The notes beneath the pieces were generated by a model. The model was given only the letters and a program-made list of their open reading frames with translations, had not been told where the DNA came from and ran no database searches. A program made the position numbers and the translations under genes. A stretch of 62,643 nucleotides of DNA, the filler included, from Nemertoderma westbladi (Eukaryota; Animalia; Xenacoelomorpha): assembly GCA_032718475.1 (NCBI GenBank). It is 3 parts of 3 records of this genome, joined end to end, with 100 filler letters (N's around TTAATTAATTAA, not from the genome) between each part and the next. Parts side by side here need not be neighbours in the genome. Positions count along the whole stretch, not along the records: positions 1 to 21,807 come from JAUCBJ010005166.1; positions 21,908 to 48,866 come from JAUCBJ010002090.1; 1 more part is not named here. One strand, 5' to 3'. This document shows, one piece after another, positions 12,600 to 25,170 of this stretch (position 1 is its first letter; every line of letters begins with the position of its first letter).

Positions 12600-13210
12600 A
12601 GCTGTATCATTCTTCAATGGCAGGGGCCTATTGCCTGATAAGTTAGAGTTTATGAAATTATTATATTTACGCTTGGATGTTTTGTGTCTACAAGAACATT
12701 TTGCATTAAAAGATAATTATCGTCGTATTAAAACACATTTCGCTGACTCAGTATGTATTATACTGCCAGCAATCCTTGAGAATAATGAAATTCGTGCAGG
12801 CAGGCCAAAAGGGGGTCTTTCTTTTGTGTTCAGTAAAGCTTTAGGTAAATATATAACAAAATTATCAGTCACGATAATCAAGCTTCAGTTTCCCCGTGAA
12901 AAAACACTAATTATAACCTCGTATTTTCCGGTAGATCCCCAGGGATACAATGTATCTGATGAATTACTATTTGTGCTTAGTGATATAAAACAAATTTTAA
13001 ATGATAATAGTAATTTGTGCAATTTTCTATTATTCAGGTGATCTTAATACTGATTTCGTTTTTCTGTGTATGCACTAACGGTCGATCAATTTATTCAGGA
13101 TAATAATTTAATTTGCTCCAGGTATATTTTTCCTGTCGATTACACGTATTGTTCTGTCAATAATACAGCTGTGCAGAAATCCACATTGGATCATTGTATT
13201 GGCACATTAG
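12600..13210 (+). pseudogene. Degenerate LINE APE endonuclease (ORF1 C-terminal relic WPAGVSVREW at ~11527 upstream)
   Basis: DVLCLQEH, GRPKGGL, SYFP, then frameshifted GDLNTDF, YTY and STLDH motifs. Confidence 0.8.
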
Positions 13211-13929
13211 TGCTTTTTAGGTCCGTGTAGCGAGACCTCTAGTTAGTACTAATAAAGCTGAGTATATCTTGAAAATTGAAAACTTGAATAAATTTGAAAC
13301 CAGATTAACACCTCTGTATTCGGCATATACGGCCTATAGTTTAAAAATTTATTATCATCACATAATAGTTTCCTACTGATAATGTGTATTAGATAAGGGA
13401 TATTAGGGATAGGAGACTGCTTCAAACAAATATTTATTTTAAATATTGATGAGTTAATCGAATTTCATAAATGAGTGTTGTGTTTATAGTGATGAATTTA
13501 AATAAAATAACAATTAGTAATTCCATTAATAATAAACATAATGTATATTTCAATAACCTTAGTTTTCATTGTCAATTAACGCAGTGCTATTTAGTCTCCC
13601 CACCACGTATGTTCAGCATACTTGCATTATATTATTAATCTATAGCATTCTTAATGCACACAGCATTGGGGCATGCCAATTGTGGATTACATAGTGGTGT
13701 TAAAAATATTTTTGTTGATCCGCAGCACAGCATCTAAATGTGCAGCTGGAATGCAGCAGGCCGATTGTAGTAGCGACATGCTGTGCGAAAACGGCACTTC
13801 TTGTAAAGTGTAACGGCTCTTAGCTTAGGTCTTTGCGCAACTGCAAGCAAAACCAATTATGTTTTTCAACTACTTCTGTGGGATTTTACTATCAGTTTTA
13901 GTAGTCTTAATGGTGATATCACACCCACA

Positions 13930-14152
13930 TCTTAAGAACTCGGTTGTGGTTCTATATCACAATATCAATCATGCAATATCATATAATCAGGTAACAGGGT
14001 AATATAAACAGCAGTAACACTGTACAGAAGTAATGCCTAGGTGAGGCTCAATAACGGTAACACCCCATAACCACAAAGTACCGGTAGGTATCTATAGTAC
14101 AGTAGAGCTAGAGTCTGTCGGTTGAGGCCATGGCAAAAGCGAGTATCTCTCA
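13930..14152 (-). repeat. 3' LTR
   Basis: Direct repeat of 18982-19204; polypurine tract adjacent at 14153-14164. Confidence 0.95.
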
Positions 14153-14179
14153 TCTCCCCTTTTTAGTTGGACCAGCACT

Positions 14180-17100
14180 TTAAGTTTGTGTGATCTGGGT
14201 ATCCCTGAGTTTGTTTATGTTTAGACTTGGGGATCGCCTTGGAATGGGGAATATGGTTACTTTATCATCAAAACAGACGTGTTGTTTTTCTAGAGATCTC
14301 GGTGTAGTTGATGGTTTGGTAGGGATTATTGGGGTTGGTGTAAACCGTTTCAAGTAGCGACGATTTCGTGTATACTTATGACCATTAGAAAGACTCACAA
14401 CATAGCGTCTATGACCCAGTTTGTCTATGACTGTGCCAATACGATCCCAGAGATGTGTGCGCTGATTTTGAATACAGACCTGTTCACCTGTAGATAGTGG
14501 TGGTAAAGGATATGCTTACAGGTTATAATGGGAAGTTGCGTCTTGTCGAATGAGGTTGGCCTGAATATCAGCATCAGGATTCGAATTTGGCTTATAACAG
14601 GTACTATGCATTGGCACGCTTGATCTCATTGGACGCCCGAAGAGAAGTTGTGCAGGGGACGTACCAGAGGCTGCCGGTGTATTACGCCACTCCAATATTG
14701 CCTCTGCGAAAGCGACCTGGTCAAGGTGCCCCGAAGCAGTCTGGCACTTTTTTTATAAGAGACTTCATTGTGTGGACTGCCGATTCAGCATGCCCATTTG
14801 ATTGGGGGAATTCTGGTGAGGAAACATGTGGAGTTACAGACCATTCAGAGAGGAAGTCATTAAACTCTTTTGATGAGAATTGTGGGCCACCATCGGTTGA
14901 AAGTTCGACTGGGACTCCGGTGTCTCGAAAGTTGCGTATAAGAGATGCCACAATGTGGCGTGAGGCAGGGCATGCTGTATAAGCATCAACAATTGGCCAG
15001 TATGAATAAAGATCAGCATAGACAAGGTAGTGTTGATTTGTGTAAGAAAATAGGTCAGCTGAGCATTGTTCGAATGGTCGACTAGGAAGAGGGGTTGAGA
15101 CGAGCTCCTCTTGTGGTTGGCTACGCTGATACAACTGACAAACGTCGCATGAATTAACCATATTGGTGTTATCCGAATTCATTCCAGGCCAATAAAAAGC
15201 CTGGCGTGCGCGGCGTTTTGTCCTTACTATCCCTTGCTGGGAAGAATGTAAACGTTTTAGTATTTCTTGTCGAATGGAACTGGGTACGATAATTCTGGCT
15301 CCATAAAGAACAAGATGACCATCCGTCGACAACTCGCTGATAATGCCCTTATATGGAAGGAGTGAAGGGTTGAGTATGTTGGTGATTCCACCAGAAAGGG
15401 AGTCATGTAAATATTTGTAGGTTACATCAGCTTTGGCTGCATCCTCAATAATATCTAATGCAGTATCATGTATGGACTGGTTATCAGAAATAAACTCGGC
15501 GTCCACAGCCGTTACACGCTGGATGACAGCTGTATGTTGGTCATCTAGAAATAAGATGTCATCATCGGGTACCGGATCTGATGTTGGCGCCCGTGAAAGG
15601 GCATCAGCCGTATAATTGAGTTTGCCAGGAACCTATAGTGCCTCAAAGGTATAGACCGCCAGCTTCTCACGCAAAAGTTGTAATCGTGGGTTTTCAATGT
15701 TATCAAGAGTGTAGCTGTTTAGGATCGGAATTAACGGTTTATGATCCACCTCAATGGCGAAGTGGTGAAGGCCCTGCAGATATAGTCTGCACTTGGAAAT
15801 GGCCCATACAACTGCCAACAGTTCTAACTCAATCATGGCATATCGTGTGTCCGATACGAAACTTGAGCCACATTGAATGAGACGCCAAGAAGGGGGTGAG
15901 TTGGAACCACAGGCATAGTTTTGTAGTAAGACATAACCCAAGCCTTTGAGATGAGAAGCATCTGTACGCAGAAGAGTTGGTAGTTTGGGATCGAATGATT
16001 GCAGAACGGGGGGCAAAACTACAGCATCCTTAACAGCATTAAAGGCTTCGGTATGGGTATCCATCCAGAGGAAAGAATTATGCTTCTGAAGTAGTGTACG
16101 TAAAGGAAAAGCAGCTGCTGCAACTGTGGAAGTAAAGTCACCAAGCTGGTTAATGAGACCGAAGAATGAGCGTAGCTCAGTAATGTTTGTTGGGATTGGA
16201 AAGTTAGAGATTGCTGAGACTCGTTTGGGGTCGGCCCTAATACCATTGCGCCCAATGATATACCCTGCGAATTGAACACTTGACTGTGCAAAAACTGCTT
16301 TAGTGGGATTAAGTATGATAGCAGAGTTGCGACAACGAGAGAAGAGTTCTTTTACTATGGAAACATGTTCCTCGAAATAGTAGTATAAACAATGATATCA
16401 TCTCCTATTTTCTTAATATTTGGTAGACCCTCAAGAGCAGAATCACCACGGAGACAGTACTCGTCTCCGGAACATGAGAGTCCCATAGGAGCACGTAAGT
16501 ACATGTAGCGCCCATATGGAGTAAGGAAAGTTGTTAGTGGTTGGCTTTCTTTATCTAGTGGTATCTGCCAATAACCGTGCGTTGCGTTGAAGGTGGAAAA
16601 ATAACACATGCCTCTAGGTAATGAAAATGCTACATCTCGAGGAGATGGGAAGGGGTGTATAGGATGCTGTATATAATTGTTGAGCTTAGTATGGTCAACG
16701 CACATGCGCAACTTACCATTTTTCTTTGAAGTGACTACAAGTGAACTAATAAAGTCTGTTGGGAAGTTAACTTTAGAGATTACACCCTTAGATTCCATAA
16801 GATCTAGGTTCCGTTTGACCTCATCTCTATATGCAAACGGTAGGGGACAGGCTGCGTATATTGCATATGGTTTGTAATTTTGCTGCATGTGTATGTGCAT
16901 TGGGGTGCCCGTCATTGTGGGTAACTCCACCTCCGGTGAACTGCCAGCAAAAATGTCCTTGAACTCATTAACGAGTTGTTTGTGGGTGAACTCAATGGTT
17001 CTATCAGAGGCACCCGGATAACCACTGCTGAGTATATCCTCAGTGGTCGTTTTAACAATACGTGTGTGCCCCTTACGGGCAGTAATATAGTCGGGAATTG

Positions 17101-17696
17101 GGAATTCCGGTGCTGTGAGTCCATGTTGTACAAACAGAGATGTGAGTACAAACATCAAAAGACATTAGGAATCCACTGAAATCAGGTGTCACATAAGCGA
17201 CTGTATGTATCAAACGTTCAAAATAGCTGATATTGATTGAAATTGACCCTGTGCACTCCATAGGGGTGCTGTTGGCAGCAATTAGTGGAATTTTGTCATT
17301 AGCGTCAACATATTTGGTTAAACCATGAATTTCAACTATATTAGATGAGATTATGGTATCATCGGCTCCTGTATCAGCAATGGTGGGACATGAAAAATTA
17401 ATTCCATGGCAGGAGATAGATACATGCAATCGTGGTGGCTTTGGGGAAGCCGTATAAATGCTTTCAGTGCCCATTGTGTAAATGAATGAGCTGGGTTCAT
17501 CATGACGAACTATGTTGGTTTGGGATGGAAAAGTTTCCTTGGGAGGAATAGAATTCTGTCGCAATGGAGCAGAGTCAGAACCTGACTTAAGGGAGTGGGT
17601 GAAGGATTGGTTTGTAGAACCCAAGCGTTTTTTTCCACAAACTGGGGTGGCTGGTATAACATTTTGGACAGGATTTCCTAGTTGTAGATTGTTCAC
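14180..17696 (-). pseudogene. pol: Disrupted pol: protease (ADTGA), RT (CVDHTKLN, HGYWQI, IGDDII), RNase H (TDAS), integrase (CDVC, ADLF, TDGGPQF, SNGHAE)
   Basis: ORF pieces 17073-17696, 16355-17158, 15633-16064, 14721-15506, 14180-14398 separated by frameshifts or stops. Confidence 0.93.
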
Positions 17697-17699
17697 GGT

Positions 17700-18740
17700 T
17701 CTTTGAAAGGTTCCGTGAATTGTACGGGAATAGTATTTTTGTCTGCCACGGTGTTGTGGGCTAGTAGGCCGGATATTGGTACCGGAATGCCCACTGGTAA
17801 TTCTGTTAGTTCTGGATGCAGCTCCAGTTGCATCGCGGCGCGACTGCTCGCGTGCCCGACAAACTTTTAGAACGTCATCTGTGTCGGATCATCATAAGTT
17901 TCGAAAATTTTCTCTCTTAGATCATCATCGTTTATTCCAGATATTATTTTCGTCATTAATTGCTGATCACAGCAATCTGGACAAGGTTCTGAATTGCTTT
18001 GCAAATCAGACAACCGAATGTGGAAATCATTAAAGGTTTCACCCTGAGATTGTTTGGCAAGGTAAAAATCTACACGGCGGCAAACAACATTAGTTGTTCG
18101 GCGAAAAAAAACGTGTAGGTTGCAGAGAATTTCATCTACAGACATAGTCTGTAATATGCATAATAACTCTCATTGCATCCTGCGTTTTGCGTGATAGACA
18201 ACCATAAAGGTGTACAACCTGTGCTTGTCTGTCCAGGGACGTGATGTCATTCACTTTATAAAAACGCTCAAATTGTTCTCACCACGTATTGAACTGGGCA
18301 AGGCTATAATCAGGGGTCAGTTGTTCAGGCTTATATGACGAATCGATCCGTCTATAATTACGGTGGGTGCTTCCAGTGGCGGATTCCACTGGGTAGGAGT
18401 CGGGTGCATGTGCACCCGCGCTCATAACGGGATCAGTAGGTCTGAATGTCCATTGTTCTTGTAGGAACTGTAGGAATACAGACTGTTGTTCCCTATTGGC
18501 TGTTTGTTGTTTGCGTAGGAACATTAATAAGGATGGGGAAATACTGGAATCATTCAGAATTTCTCCAGTAGCCCTGTCATCAGGTACACTCGTTTCTCTA
18601 ATATAACGTAAAACAGCGCAACGCATAGAGTCTGTGTTAGTTTTAGGGTCAATACGAATTTCAAATTCGTTGACCCAATCCCTTAGTTGTTCGCGTGTAG
18701 CGTCAGTGACATTCGCAAGGGATGGAAAATCTGAAGACAT
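17700..18740 (-). pseudogene. gag: Disrupted gag
   Basis: ORFs 18279-18740 and 17867-18145 (QSQGETFNDF..RL, CPDC, IISGIND..LREKI) between PBS and protease. Confidence 0.8.
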
Positions 18741-18981
18741 GACAGTTTATTGGAACAGAATGATTAGGCCTAGTACCGGAATATGGAATAGGTAGTAAAA
18801 AAAATGGTGTAAACCAACCGTATCAGCGTTCCATGTGTCAGTCTAACCGAATTCAGCAGCATCAGTGTAAGCCTAGCTGTTTTGGGGAGTTCTGCATTCC
18901 TGAATTCAGATTTAAACAGTTTATTGTAGTGTTGTTGGGCTGTAGGCAGGCAGAAGGTTGCAAACTACAGGAACTGCGCCA

Positions 18982-19204
18982 TCTTAAGAACTCGGTTGTG
19001 GTTCTATATCACAATATCAATCATGCAATATCATATAATCAGGTAACAGGGTAATATATACAGCAGTAACACTGTACAGAAGTAATGCCTAGGTGAGGCT
19101 CAATACCGGTAACACCCCATAACCACAAAGTACCGGTAGGTATCTATAGTACAGTAGAGCTAGAATCTGTCGGTTGAGGCCATGGCAAAAGCGAGTATCT
19201 CTCA
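18982..19204 (-). repeat. 5' LTR followed by primer-binding site (18973-18981, tRNA-Ser-like)
   Basis: Minus strand TGAGAG...TTAAGA then TGGCGCAGT. Confidence 0.93.
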
Positions 19205-19539
19205 CCACACAAAGATTTACTGAAGGCCTATTTTTTGAGCTCAATTAATGTGCAGTCCTAGACCTGTACGCTGCACTTGAGGGCTGGTCGCTGCCGAAAT
19301 GTAGTTATTCCTAATAACTGCCGCCACAATACATAAAACACCGCCACTCTAACGATTCATTTTGTGCCCAAATATTTAATGCTGCCCCCGCTCTTCCCAA
19401 TATTTTCCGGCGCCACTGCCTATTGTGTCCGGCACTAGTCTCAGTTCCACTGGCGTCTAGTGACCAGACCTCAGTGTTACTAATGTAACCCATAATATTA
19501 TGAGGGTTGGGGGTGCTATATATTATTCTATTATTGCGT

Positions 19540-19700
19540 TATATATTTTTGCCACACCATGATGCATTCCACAATTGGCATGCTCCAATGAAACGTATAT
19601 TAATAATGCTTTGCTGGTTTATTGACAACGCCGCAACTCCCTATCCCCCATGACTTTCGTGAGATTATCCGCATCTTCAAGGCCAGTGTCCTTTAACCCG
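19540..19700 (-). mobile_element. Short RTE 3' fragment
   Basis: LKDTGLEDADNLTKVMGDRELRRC vs LKDTGLKDADDLANVMGDRELWRC at ~60760-60830. Confidence 0.85.
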
Positions 19701-21807
19701 ATTAGTACCGGGCTATACAATGTTGTACAAATACCGGGGAAGGGGGGTTCATATTGATAAATTTTAACGAAAACGTCTGATTTTTGTTTGTACGTAGATT
19801 TCACTAGTCTGTATCCGAAAAAATTTGAAAAATTGTACTGGTGTGGTTATTTTGCAGCACCAAAATTACAAGTAGTGAACAATTTTCATAAAATTTGAAA
19901 GTTACAATTTTCCGCTAATTGTTTTTCAATACAGGATTTCTGGGGCGCAAAATCCATTGAAAAATATTTAAAAATGATGTGATTGCTACAAATGGCTGTT
20001 TTAGTCCTCTATGCGTAGGAAAAAAATTAAAAAAACATGTAACCAGCACTTTTCAGTTAGAACACAACATTTTTAATTCACTTATACGATACTATAAATT
20101 CACATTTTCGGGTTTTCTAGGGCGCTGATTCTAATGGAATACATTTATAATATGCCAGATCATTGCTACTCGTATTTTTCAGCGCAAAATGGCAAATTTT
20201 GGTGCTACCACCAAATTTAGTACCCATCACCAAAAAGTAAAATTTTGAGATGTCCATTGCTGTTTTTACTGATTCCATCCGATTCCGGTACCTCATAAAC
20301 CCGTATAACGCAAGAAACAAGATGATACTATATCTTGACCAATTTGCTTATTTTCAAAAATTTGGTGATGGCACAACAATGTTCACCCACCAGCTAAATC
20401 CATAAGCCGCTCAATTACAAGACGTGCGTGCAGTCACTGTACTCACGGTGAAAGCAAAGTCCATCAAATATGAGATGGCTCTGTGTCAAGTTAGGGGGGT
20501 GGGGTGGGGTGGTGTTGGGGGGGGGGGGGGGGGGGGGGGGGTGTTGAACAGTTAGAGCCCAGCATGTAGTAGGTCTACATAAAAGTGGAAAATATTGATG
20601 GAGTTCCACCACTTCCCTGATTCTGATGATCGAAGCCACATACGGTAAGTAGCACATTTGTTACAGTTACATTTTGCCATCTAGCGGTTGATAAATAAAA
20701 TATAAACATTAAACAAATTACAATAGAATAGGTTACAGTTTTATTTTTGAGAATAATCAGCTGTTATTTGCGTCGAATTTCCCCTGGAGAGGGATTAATT
20801 TTTATTGCGTCCAGTTTTATTGCTCCCTCTCTGAGTTATTTAGTTATTTTATGAGTTATTTGTCCACGGGGAGTTAACGAAACCCTCTGCTAAAAAAAAA
20901 GGGTGATAAATAATGTCATAAGGATATAATGAGATTTACAAGAGTCTCAATTGTCAATCACTGTAAAATAATATATGCGCTGAACCATAAAGAAAATAAT
21001 AATTATTATTCAGGGTTTGTGGATAATTACTTAAAGACAGCGGACCTGCTAATTTTAAATTATTGCTTATACAAAATGGTGTCGTTGCGTTACGGGTACT
21101 GTCGCGCTACGGCTAATTATCGCGTTACGGCTATACTGTCTTGGTTTTACATAAGGAATCATTATCAATATTATTCTATGGTAAATATAAATTAATACTT
21201 TTCCATTGTGCTTATTTCTTTTGATTATTTTAGTATAATAATTAAAAATATATATATAATATTCTATGGTGTTTACGTACAGATGAGCTGCGAATAATGT
21301 AATGTAATAATGTTTTACAGCATGGGGGGGGGGGGGGGGGTGCTACCATCTTTCCTATGTTCTTTGACAACCTTACACTCACTAATGTATATTGTATTGT
21401 ATTCTGTGGTGTACCGGTACATCTTTAGTTACAGTTTCAAGCCTGAGGTACGGATTATGTTCAGATTTGAATTTACTTTCATTTTGTCATTCCCCAACTG
21501 CGTTTTATATATAATAACTTTGCAATTATCCTTGCCACGCTTTATATTTTTACTGGTCGTATAGTATATACTTACTGGATAACTATGAACAATTTTGGCT
21601 AAGTGCAAAAGGTTCTCAGTTCATCCGAACCATACACAACCCACCACCGAACCACCCCTTCGCGGACGAACCATTCATACACAACCCACCACCACTTCAC
21701 AGCCGAACCATTCATACACCATACGAACCATTCATTCATACCACCGAACCAAATTCCATGCGCGGCCGGTGATTGGCTAATTCAAGTGCTTTAATTTTAG
21801 ATACTTT

Positions 21808-21907
21808 NNNNNNNNNNNNNNNNNNNNNNNNNNNNNNNNNNNNNNNNNNNNTTAATTAATTAANNNNNNNNNNNNNNNNNNNNNNNNNNNNNNNNNNNNN
21901 NNNNNNN
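21808..21907. other. Assembly gap with artificial six-frame-stop linker
   Basis: N44-TTAATTAATTAA-N44, identical to 48867-48966. Confidence 0.97.
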
Positions 21908-22857
21908 CATCTCGAATGAACTTTGATTGACTTATTACGTTTATTCGAATTCCAAGGCTCGTTTATTGTCATTCTTCTCCCTGTGCCAGAATTATATATT
22001 GTTGGCGATTTCGTAACATTAACTTCGGTTTAAGTAGTTCAAATGGTTGAAATATTTTAACAATTTAGTATAGTCTCATAATGTTTATTGTTGTCTGTGA
22101 AACAACTCTAGTAGTGGTTTAGACTAAAAGGAATCTATCCTGTTGTTATACCGCTTTTGTTTGCGGAATGTTTTCCTTTTAAAGCACTCAGACTGCTATT
22201 TTAGGAAGTGGAGGTAGTTCACTTTATATATAAACTCGTCTTATCAACTCGTTAATTTTCCTTTATTTGCTAATCTCTAGTACAAATTAACGTATATTCC
22301 AATACAATGTGGAGTAATTGGCACACATGAATTCTACGTCTACGAGAGTTGATCGATTAATTTGACATTAAGTTTGTCAATATGAAAGTAAACAGTAAAA
22401 TAAAGTAGAGTATTTTATTGTACTTTACTTACGTTATTATTTTATTCGAGGCTGCGTATGTACGCGGTGCGTAGACGACATTAAGTGACTGCTGTGCGAT
22501 CCGTTTTAATATTTGAGTGTAGCGATGCGTTTAATAGAATGAGCTATTGATTATTTCTTTAAAAATTAATAAAATTCGTTTTTAAATTAAATTGAATAAA
22601 ATTTGTACGAAATATTATGAATTAGGATTGTATAATTACGACTTAATAATTTATTTTATACAATTTTTATTTTCGAAGTTTCAATTATAAATTTGGTATT
22701 ACTAAAATATTTAATTAAAATAAATATAGTAATTTAAATCATTTGAAATATAATAAATATATTATTATTATTATTATTTGAACATATAAATGTAACTAGT
22801 TACATAACCTAGTTATCTACAAGTTTATTAATATGAATTCTTCGCAACTTTAATATA

Positions 22858-24702
22858 ATGATTTCTACATTATGGTATTACATATTGATTATCAGTTGTC
22901 GAGTACTCGTTAATTGTTTACAAGACGGCGGTGATCTCGATAATGTTGTAAATATTTGGCGGGGTCAAACAGTCGGTGAACAGATCAACGAAGAACTCGA
23001 TCTTAATGAAGATCATGAATTGATGCGCGATGATCCTGTGCATATTGAGTTGGAACATGTGATCCACAACGCTGAAATTTATTTTCACGATTATGAATCA
23101 GAAACTGACGATGGTGAAGATTGTGTTTGGAATATCGATAAAACTGTTTACAATATAAGTCACGTGATCAATCCAAGAGATTTAGGTTGTCGTCTACGGA
23201 ACCTGAGTTCCGAATACACCGCGAGTGAATACGCCATCAGGTTTCACCCATATCCTTTTATTACATGCGATAAAGACAAGATCCGTCTCGAATGCCGGTG
23301 GCACGGATTCCGTCCCTCGGGTCAACAACGTCCGTCCCATCTGATCTTCGCGATCCACCACGGCGGGACTTTGGGCGGCGCTCTTTGGGGTTCGGATTGG
23401 GAGGACTCCTACGTTGGCGACCATAAACAATGCGTCGAACGGAACGGTTGTATATTTAATAACAATTCTAACAGCATCGTATTTACTGAAAAGAATACCA
23501 TAAAAGCAAACGACTTGCTGATGATTTGGTTTGAGGAATATTTTAAGGATGGTTTTACTGTTTATAGTCCTATAGTAGAGATTGCTTATAATAGCATTCG
23601 TACGAAGCAGTTCCTCTCAGCCCCTCAGATCGTAACGTCTAATGTCGGTTCAAACGCTATTACGTTACATCTGAGGCCACCGAGCCGTATAGATTATCAA
23701 GAGCATTATTGTATAAGTTACGACACCGTGGGACTAGATGGAGTTAACTCGACTTACAGTGACTGCGACCAGTGTCTCATAGAAACAACTGAGATCACCT
23801 TAAATCATCTACAGAAATGCACTGCGTATAGCATAGCGGTTCGTCTGTGTTATAAGTCGATTTCCGAAATTCTTCTTGGGAACCAAAGCGAACCGATTCT
23901 AGTTGAAACAGAAGGTTGCGCTCTAAATATATCGACTTACTCGTTAATTAAAAATATCACTATGATTGAATTACAAGGGATTGAAGATGCGACTCCAGAT
24001 TTTATCTATTATTTGGCTTCGGGTTTTGGTTTTACCTCTTTGGTTTTCATTATTTTGGTTATCATCTGTCGTCGCCAACTGGTTAAGAAAGTTAAGTCGG
24101 TTTACCGCGTTCCTAAGCCGGAGTTTTACGACGATGGTTTCAACGATAATGTTTTGGAGTTGCGTCCGTTGGGTGCGGTTGACGATACGGTGTACAGCGG
24201 GTTGGTTGAGGTCCCGAGGGGGAGTAAGGATCGGAAGTTATCGTTGGGTTCCTCGGGGTACGGGGGGTCGGCGCGGTCGCGAGTCGATACGTGGCAACGG
24301 AAGGAGCCGCGATGCAGTCCGCCGATACCGGAGGACACGGACGACGCGCTGCCCTACGTGGAGTCCTACGGGTCGGAGCCGCGTGTGCCGGTCGACGGTA
24401 CGGGGAGGCGTCGTGTACCGGTCGACGGCTACTGTTCGGAGCCGCGTGTCCCAGTCGACGGCTACGTGGACGGGGACTTCGTGCCGCGGGTTGCCGCGGA
24501 CGACCCCACCGCATCCTGGGGCGACAGTCTGGTCCCCAGCTCAGCTCCAACCACCCCAGGGGGGGCGGCAGCTACCGATACCTTGTACACCGCCCTGATT
24601 GTACCCCAATTCGATTCTAGAATTCCGCCCTACGTTAAGGTGGACCCCAGAGGTCACGTGTTTTCCTTCCCTAAAGACCAACTCGGCAATTCTATTGTAT
24701 AG
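22858..24702 (+). CDS. Intronless type I membrane protein, cytokine-receptor-like (signal peptide, Cys/CxW domain, FN3, TM, Box1-like, Tyr-rich tail)
   Basis: 614-aa ORF; hydrophobic N-terminus; C-x8-C-R-W and C-x5-C; FN3 (SAP..., LNHLQKCTAYSIAVR, GNQSEP); TM FIYYLASGFGFTSLVFIILVIIC then RRQLVKK; VPKP. Confidence 0.8.
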   Translation: MISTLWYYILIISCRVLVNCLQDGGDLDNVVNIWRGQTVGEQINEELDLNEDHELMRDDPVHIELEHVIHNAEIYFHDYESETDDGEDCVWNIDKTVYNISHVINPRDLGCRLRNLSSEYTASEYAIRFHPYPFITCDKDKIRLECRWHGFRPSGQQRPSHLIFAIHHGGTLGGALWGSDWEDSYVGDHKQCVERNGCIFNNNSNSIVFTEKNTIKANDLLMIWFEEYFKDGFTVYSPIVEIAYNSIRTKQFLSAPQIVTSNVGSNAITLHLRPPSRIDYQEHYCISYDTVGLDGVNSTYSDCDQCLIETTEITLNHLQKCTAYSIAVRLCYKSISEILLGNQSEPILVETEGCALNISTYSLIKNITMIELQGIEDATPDFIYYLASGFGFTSLVFIILVIICRRQLVKKVKSVYRVPKPEFYDDGFNDNVLELRPLGAVDDTVYSGLVEVPRGSKDRKLSLGSSGYGGSARSRVDTWQRKEPRCSPPIPEDTDDALPYVESYGSEPRVPVDGTGRRRVPVDGYCSEPRVPVDGYVDGDFVPRVAADDPTASWGDSLVPSSAPTTPGGAAATDTLYTALIVPQFDSRIPPYVKVDPRGHVFSFPKDQLGNSIV

Positions 24703-25087
24703 TACTATATCTATAAGTATAATGCATATAAATGCGATGACATTCAGTTACTTTCAGTTTCACTCCTGGGCCATTTCTTTTCAATGAGCCTAAATATTTC
24801 TGTTTCTAGTGAAGCAAATAATAACTTCACATAGGGAGATTTGACCTTCATATATTAATATATTTATCTTTTCACCTTATATAACTGTTTTTCATTGGTT
24901 TATTTCCATTAGGTAAGCTTGTTGGTTGGTCTTAAACCGAACTGAACTTGACATTTAATCGCAAAATTCCAACTATTAAAACAAGCCAGCCATGAAAGCA
25001 AGCCAACATAATAAATAATTACATTCAAATAACTTCACCAAGTTTGGTAAAACTGAAAGTAATGGACATACAGTACGTTTTATATAT

Positions 25088-25170
25088 CGACCTCTGAAAG
25101 ATGAAAGTTATTCGGAGCTAGACGATAAAACATGGCTGCTCCGACCAGGATTCGAACCTCGACCTTCCGA
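25088..25170 (-). mobile_element. tRNA-derived SINE relic
   Basis: B-box GGTTCGAATCC on the minus strand; no complete cloverleaf. Confidence 0.55.

Larger units (their letters stand above)
13930..19204 (-). mobile_element. Full-length defective Ty3/Gypsy (Mag-like) LTR retrotransposon
   Basis: 223-bp LTRs (13930-14152, 18982-19204; 3 mismatches), TSD CCACA, PBS TGGCGCAGT, PPT AAAAAGGGGAGA, domain order gag-PR-RT-RH-IN. Confidence 0.95.

Noticed and set aside
14180-18740. Apparent paradox of near-identical LTRs with broken ORFs
   Set aside because: Three mismatches in 223 bp scale to tens of mutations over 4.8 kb, enough for the observed lesions; assembly errors are also possible.
21808-21907. 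TTAATTAATTAA palindrome between N runs (also 48867-48966)
   Set aside because: Artificial scaffold linker.
23966-24620. Overlapping Arg-rich ORFs in the receptor tail
   Set aside because: Explained by high GC content; no domain signal.
25135-25170. tRNA gene (also ~25990-26020)
   Set aside because: Only a B-box/T-arm is present; no full cloverleaf, so SINE heads.
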